Program-made: the position numbers and the translations under genes
Shown here: in pieces, positions 56,341 to 64,000 of the stretch
How the letters are laid out: the number at the start of each line of letters is the position of its first letter
How positions within the stretch are numbered: position 1 is the stretch's first letter
Notes under the pieces: generated by a model
What the model saw: the letters and a program-made list of their open reading frames with translations, nothing else
What the model was told of the DNA's origin: nothing
Database searches by the model: none
DNA from: Octopus vulgaris
Lineage: Eukaryota
Length of the DNA: 64,000 nucleotides
NCBI GenBank assembly: GCA_951406725.2
Contig: OX597824.1
Coordinates: forward strand, 2,480,001 to 2,544,000
Direction: 5' to 3'

Positions 56341-56610
56341 CCATTGCTTCAAAGTAATAGTTTGTGACTGATTTAAAAGCGAATGAGTTGTAGATTTATT
56401 TTTAGGAAGATGGAAGTCGGACTGGGGTGATTGTACTCTGGAGAATTTGTACATCCGCTCTGAAACATGCCAGGACAATACCCTAATTTTTTTGTATGAG
56501 AAGATAATAAAGGAATGTATTTGCTTTTCTTTACTTTTTACAGTGAATATATATACATGTATACATAAATACATACACACACACCCACGTACACACATAT
56601 ACAAACACAA

Positions 56611-56670
<60 letters not shown>

Positions 56671-57020
56671 ATGTATGAATACCTGTCTGTGTGTGTATGT
56701 GTATGTGTGTGTGTGCTACATATAGAAATGCACATAAGAAGTAGTTCTCAATACATTCGGTACAGGTATTTAGATTTTAGTGTTTGCTTCTATTTATCCT
56801 TATACCGTAAGATGGGTTTTCCTTTAATGCAGTCTCGCTCAGTTTTTCGAAATACGACCATCTTTTATTCACACAGCTTGTCCTACCTATCTGCACAAAA
56901 TTCTCAACAGCACGCTTTAGATACTGGAGATATCACATTTTTCTAAGATTTTCACATTTGATATCTTCCTTTGCCGTTTTAAATTGCAGATATTGCAGAA
57001 AGAGCACATTTCAAAGGTTT

Positions 57021-58195
<1,175 letters not shown>

Positions 58196-58200
58196 TATAT

Positions 58201-58365
58201 GCGTAGGAGTGGCTTTGCGGTAAGTATCTTGCTTACCAACCACATGGTTCCGCGTTCAGTCCCACTGCGCAGCACCTTGGGCAAGTGTCTTCTACTATAG
58301 CCTCGGGCCGACCAAAGCCTTGTGGGTGGATTTGGTAGACAGAAATTGAAAGACGCCCGCTGTAT
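58201..58365 (+). mobile_element. tRNA-derived SINE 5' half (CORE-like domain)
   Basis: gcgtaggagtggctttgcggtaag...gttcagtccc...gcaccttgggcaagtgtctt. Confidence 0.88.
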
Positions 58366-58534
58366 ATACGTATACATATATAAATATATATAAACTTGGA
58401 ATGAAGAAATAGAGAAATATCGCGTGCGTTCGGTCATATAGTAATATAATAAATAAATAAAATATATGCATATATACATGCATATATGTACATACTTACA
58501 TCTACATGTATATATACATGCATACATATATATG

Positions 58535-58725
58535 AGTACAGAACACCACAAATAAACGTAGAACACAACGAGAGACGAGAACATAAAATCAAACAAGGAA
58601 ACGGACTTTTTTTAAACAACGAAAAAACAGAGTACAGGACAAACAATACAAGGAAAATTCCCCTTCATCAGCTGTCCCTGGTTCGACTCAAGGTGTGTTT
58701 CGAAGGTAAGGACTCCCTGCATGCG
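58535..58725. mobile_element. Short PLE-like element related to the 57021 family
   Basis: Similar A-rich end and the same cccttcatcag...tttcga arrangement as 57115-57160. Confidence 0.5.
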
Positions 58726-59079
58726 AGACTACGGTCAAACGTTTTTGCATCTAGTCCTGCAAATTGTATTTCTATATGACAGACCATGCTGACGAGATTG
58801 CAGTTTATCCTTGCGGATATTAACAATCGAAACTGATCAGTACATGGGTAGGCATTTTTATTTCGTATATTTTCATTTGTCTTGCTTATTTTTAATGCTT
58901 TGGATTGTGCTGAGTTTTTATTTGAGAGCATATTCTTTGTGGAAAATAGCGGACGTCTATATCTAGCATGCTGACAGTCCACTTTTAGTGGTCAGTCCTT
59001 TAAATTTTGTATATATATATACGCACATATATGTGTGTAATTAATAACATAGCAGCAGTTAGATGATAGTTCCAAAGAA

Positions 59080-59895
59080 TGTCTATTAAATATTTTCCTG
59101 CATTTTTTATTTGCTGGCAAGTGTTTGGCCCAATATAAAGAATACCATTACACGTGGTCAATACCAAGAGCTTAAATCCAGTTGCAAACGCTCGCGAGCC
59201 AGGATCTTGTCCACTTGGCCAATGATGTATGATTAAATCTATCATCTATAATGGAGAAGTTACTGCAACCCTAAATAATAATACAACTGATAAGAAAGCC
59301 TCTATTAGATTATATGAAGGTGAATTCAAAAACCGCTACGACAATCACAAAGCTTCCTTTCGACAGTGGCACAAAGGAAAAACCAAGTTGACGAGCTAGT
59401 ATGAACTTTGAAAGATAATGAAACACCGATACTGCTTAAATGGAAAATAATTGAGAAATCCTTATGTTATGTGAATAGATCGAATAAATGTAGGCGTTGT
59501 TTAGTAGAAAGAGCGCAAATTCTGTTCAGATCTAAGATCCCTAACTCTCTATTGAACTCCAGGTCAGAAGTTATCAGTGGTTGCATTCTTATGCACAAAT
59601 ATATTTTGAAAACATTTGGTAAATCCCGCCTATTAACTTGATATCTTTCCAGCCTAATCATTTAAAGTCTAAGTAGGATAGCTCTTTTACCTTTTTACTT
59701 TCCAAATTTTACATTTTACTTTTTGTTATGTTTTCCGTTTTTCACTTTCTGCATTTTCTATTTGCCGCCTTCTCAGTTTTTCGCGTTTCTTCTCTCATTC
59801 AATTTGTTTGCGCCTGAAGAATACGTTTGCGTATTTCTCAACATATGTAACTATTAGTTGCGCTTAAATACATGTATTGCGCCCTTTAAATAAAG

Positions 59896-59900
<5 letters not shown>
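59080..59900 (+). mobile_element. Penelope-like element 3' part: GIY-YIG endonuclease remnant and pLTR with a decayed hammerhead
   Basis: CPLGQ*CMIKSIIY..., EGEFKNRYDNHKASFR and LKWKIIEK..YVNRSNKCRRCLVER...LLNSRSEVISGC motifs. Downstream gcgc CTGAAGA ... tAAA tacatgta TT gcgc (59810-59882), then AATAAA. Confidence 0.88.
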
Positions 59901-59951
<51 letters not shown>

Positions 59952-59981
59952 TATATACTTATATATATCTATATATATATA

Positions 59982-60027
<46 letters not shown>

Positions 60028-60160
60028 ATTATATATATATAATATGTATAATATATATATAATTATATATATATATGTATAATATGTATATAATTAAATA
60101 TATATATAAATATACATAATTATATGATTATATACTTTTACTTGTTTCAGCACTTGACTA

Positions 60161-60272
60161 TTCTGCAGAGACCAGAATAAGTGGAAATCCGAAGGAGCAA
60201 TATCTGGTGAATATGGACAGGGGAGTAACACATCCCACCCGAGCTCCAGCAATTTTTGTCTGGTTCCCAAAG
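60161..60272 (-). mobile_element. Mariner transposase catalytic-domain fragment
   Basis: Minus strand reads TRQKLLELGWDVLLPCPYSPDIAPSDFHLFWSLQ, containing the YSPDLAPSD motif. Confidence 0.9.
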
Positions 60273-60496
60273 CATCAAGTGCTGAAAATGAACTTTCTTA
60301 TCTTCTATTTTAAAGGGTTACAGAATTAACACAGGTTATAGGAACATAAACCTTCTTCCACGAAAAGATAGCTTAAACTGTGCTCTAAATGGAGGTGTAG
60401 CCAAATCTTATTTTATGGACTCAACGATGTTCTAAAGTAAGTCGAAAGTTAAGCTACTATAAATCGGCATGAACTTTCCGGACAGAGTGAGAGAGT

Positions 60497-60530
<34 letters not shown>

Positions 60531-61087
60531 TGTAATTTAAAGATATACTGATAAATGCATTAAAGGCTATATTTGTGTGAATATATATATATGTCAAAAT
60601 ATACCTATGAGAGGAATGTGTACATATATAAGTGTATGTGTGTGTGTGTGTGGTATGGTGGTCTGTGGCGTGTGCTTGTGTGTGTGTGTGTGTGTGTGTA
60701 TGCGTGTGTGTGTTTCTACAATTTTAATCATTCAGACGCGTTCAACATTATGTGACAAGGCATTATCGATTTTCTATATTAATTCAAACCGAAAGAATTT
60801 AGAACTACGGCAGTGGAATTCAAGAACTAATAATAAAAACTATGATAGAGATCTGGAATTTGCAGCTCAGCACGAGATTCCGATCAATAAATATTCAATA
60901 GTATTACACATAGCACCCTCCATATCTTGATTTCAAGCATTTTTCACCTGCCGTCATAAAATAGGTAAATGACTCACCTGTTATCATGGGTTTGTTTGTT
61001 TTTTTCTTATCGTTTTTCTTCATTTTTTTTAGTTGATTAATATTTATCTTTGTTAATATCTTGCCATAAATATATCAGATATCATAT

Positions 61088-61132
<45 letters not shown>

Positions 61133-62019
61133 TGTCTGTCTGTCTGTCGGTCTGTCTGTCTGTCTGTCTGTTAAAAATGTATCTCTTCATCACCATTGTC
61201 ATCACCATCGAAATCATCCTCGTTTCTGTTTATTGCTGTGTCCGATAGAATTAACAGCCAGTCAAAGAACGGGAATGATTTCAATGGCTACACCTACGAT
61301 ATGTTTGACCTTAAGGCTATATATTAGAAACGATTAACATTATTAGTAAAACGGAAACTAAAGCTGCAGATCAGTTGGGAGTCGGGGGGAAAATGCCTGG
61401 CAACATTTATTCCGTCTCTTAACGTTACGATTTCAAATCCTGTCGAGGACGACTTTGGTGTTAATCCTTTCAGGATTAATAAAGTTAAGTACCACCAGTC
61501 AATTACTGGTATCGATGCAGTATTATCATCGGTTAGCTGCCAACCCTTGAAACTGTTGCATTTGTACCAAGATTAAAATAACAATAATAATAATTATCAT
61601 CATTATTATTATCATTATTATTAATACAAAAGGTAGAATTGGTAGAGCGTCTTTCTTTGAATTCTGTCAAGGTTTAATCGAGACGCTGACCGATCATTAT
61701 TGATTCATACTTGGGCATCGATGATTATCTAATGAACTGCTTTTCTGGAACCTATGAATAATTTACAAACGTTTTTGATTTACTAGTTCTACCAGATGGC
61801 ATTGCACGTTCCGTATAGACTTGATACGAGTAAAGCGGCAAATCTGTCCTTCTCACACTCATTCAGTATCCAAAGATCTTAGGCTTTTGAAATTAAGTGG
61901 AGTGGCTATTATTCTGTGTAGGACCAATTAAGTTGTCACCTTTGTTCACTGGGAAAATCGTTCTACTTCTTTCACTTGCCAAGCAACAGTAGGTCTCTGT
62001 CTATCTCTGGCTCTGTCTG

Positions 62020-62100
<81 letters not shown>

Positions 62101-63271
62101 GTCAATCTATCTATTTAACTATCTGTCTCTACCTCTGTCTCTCTCTATCTGTTATGCAGCGATGGTGAATGAGGCAGATTGTATGGCCGACAGCATTGTA
62201 TGCAATTTTATTGTTTTTGTAAACTTGTGTTAAAACTTTTTACAAGAGAGAAAAGAAACATTTTATTCCCTTTGGCGTTGTTGAATTTAATTATTTCCTT
62301 TTTTTACGAGACATCTGTGTTTTAATACTATTAGCCTGAAGGAAATATCCTAAATGTTAATTAAGCACAATAATTATTTATTTTTTGTTTATCCATTTTT
62401 TTAAAAACTGTTTCCCATCATTTTTTAGCAGTATAATAATCTTTAAATTTTTCTTATCTTATTTATTTGATTTTCGTTAATATTTCTTATTTATTTACTG
62501 ATTTCGTTTTCTGTTATGTTTTGTTTTCAACTCATATCGTTCATCTTTATAGACAGCCTTAAGTTAGTTTATATTTGTTTCAATTATCGCGATAATGTAA
62601 CCCCAATCTTATATTCCTTGGAGTGGTAAGACATTATTTTTTAAACCCCACAATCAGCTGAAATGTCTAAAATTTTCGAAAGCCAATTAATTAACTTGAA
62701 GCTAAAAAAAGGGGTGATTACTGGTTGATTTCCTAATTAAGCTGCACGTTTTCATAATATTTTAAATGCCTTCACGAGAAAAACTTGTTAAAACTGTAAT
62801 CCTAAAACAGGAGATTGAAAAAAGAAAATATATTTTCTCATTCATGGCCGTGAGGTTAAGAAGCTTGGGGTTCATTTTTTTAAAAATCTTTCTTTTTTCG
62901 TTTCACGTTCGATCACATTTCTTGGCACAACGAATGCCTTGCAACAGAGGCATGGATCGGCCAATATCTTGTGGGAACGAAGTAGACCGAAATTTTCAGA
63001 AGCCAAGCTTTCATTTGTCACAGTTATTGGACTGCAACCATGCTGAACCATCCTGAAGTCCATATTTCAATCCGGCTCAATCCATATTCAATCCTCTCCT
63101 TTTAGCAGAAACGGTACTCTGGGATGTGTGAACGAATAAACAACGATTCTGTGATGAGGCAAAGGAAAACAGTAAGAGCTACACGCACACACGAATGGTT
63201 GTATAATATACATACATAAATATATAGTTAGAAGTATAGCTAGATGGATAGATAGACAGACAGATATAGAG

Positions 63272-63302
<31 letters not shown>

Positions 63303-63305
<3 letters not shown>

Positions 63306-63700
63306 TTCGGAATGGTCATTTTGCCAGTTTAGCCAATAAAAACACATGCACTATATATTTGGTGTTATTTTGCTTCAGTGTTATTTATTTTTTACATTAA
63401 TCTTAATCTTATTTCGGCCAGAGTTCTTTCGTCACACTCCTGTGACCGCATCAGTGGTCCTTTGTTTTCTTCTTTCTTATTTGTGTCTCTCCTTACTAAC
63501 CGTCAGTCATTTTGTATTTCTATTGTATGTTTTCATTTGCGCATGCTTATATCTCTATGTGCGTCTATGTTTATTTAGTGTGTGTATGTGGGGGGATGCC
63601 TGTATTATATAGTGCGTGTGTTGTTATTGGCTAAACTGGCAAAATGACCATTCCGAAATATAACAATATCTGTTTCAACACACGACTTCACATAAAAATT
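63303..63700. mobile_element. Short element with 55 bp inverted repeats and an internal hammerhead-like motif
   Basis: 63303-63357 is the inverse of 63606-63660. The right arm continues into sequence also found at 48735-48800. Minus-strand hammerhead-like motif at 63416-63460. Confidence 0.65.
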
Positions 63701-63705
63701 CTTGC

Positions 63706-63760
<55 letters not shown>

Positions 63761-63761
<1 letters not shown>

Positions 63762-64000
63762 GAGGCGCAATGGCCAAGTGGTTAGGGCAGAGGACTCGCG
63801 GTCGTAGGATCGCGGTTTCGATTCCCAGACCGGGCGTTGTGAGTGTTTATTGAGCGAAAACACCTAAAAGCTCCACGAGGCTCCGGCAGGGGGTGGTGAT
63901 CCCTGCTGTACTCTTTCACCACTCTTTCTTCCACTCTTTCTTCTGTTGGCCTGCTCGCTTAGCCAGCGGGGTGGCGTCATTCGAAGGCTAAAACAATGTG
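63761..64000 (+). mobile_element. tRNA-derived SINE, cut by the window end
   Basis: ggaggcgcaatggccaagtggttaggg...gtttcgattccc; same head as the 9427-9792 copy but a different 3' body. Confidence 0.9.

Overview
AT-rich, microsatellite-saturated eukaryotic DNA. The tRNA-derived SINE families and the repeat landscape look like an octopus (cephalopod) genome; this is an inference. No host protein-coding gene can be supported, and almost all listed ORFs are translations of (TA)n, (CA)n, (TATG)n or triplet repeats. The window is mostly decayed transposons: RTE, CR1-like and R4/Dong LINE fragments, Penelope-like (PLE) RT and GIY-YIG remnants, mariner, Merlin and probable Chapaev3 DNA-transposon remnants, a Helitron helicase fragment and many SINEs. 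The most interesting signal is about ten type I minimal hammerhead-ribozyme-like motifs in short PLE-like elements of different families. They include one with a fully canonical core and two with apparently compensatory swaps of the core 3:8 base pair (G3:C8 and U3:A8). Several of these elements show PLE-type inverted-tail architecture. All structures were read by eye; none has been computed or tested.
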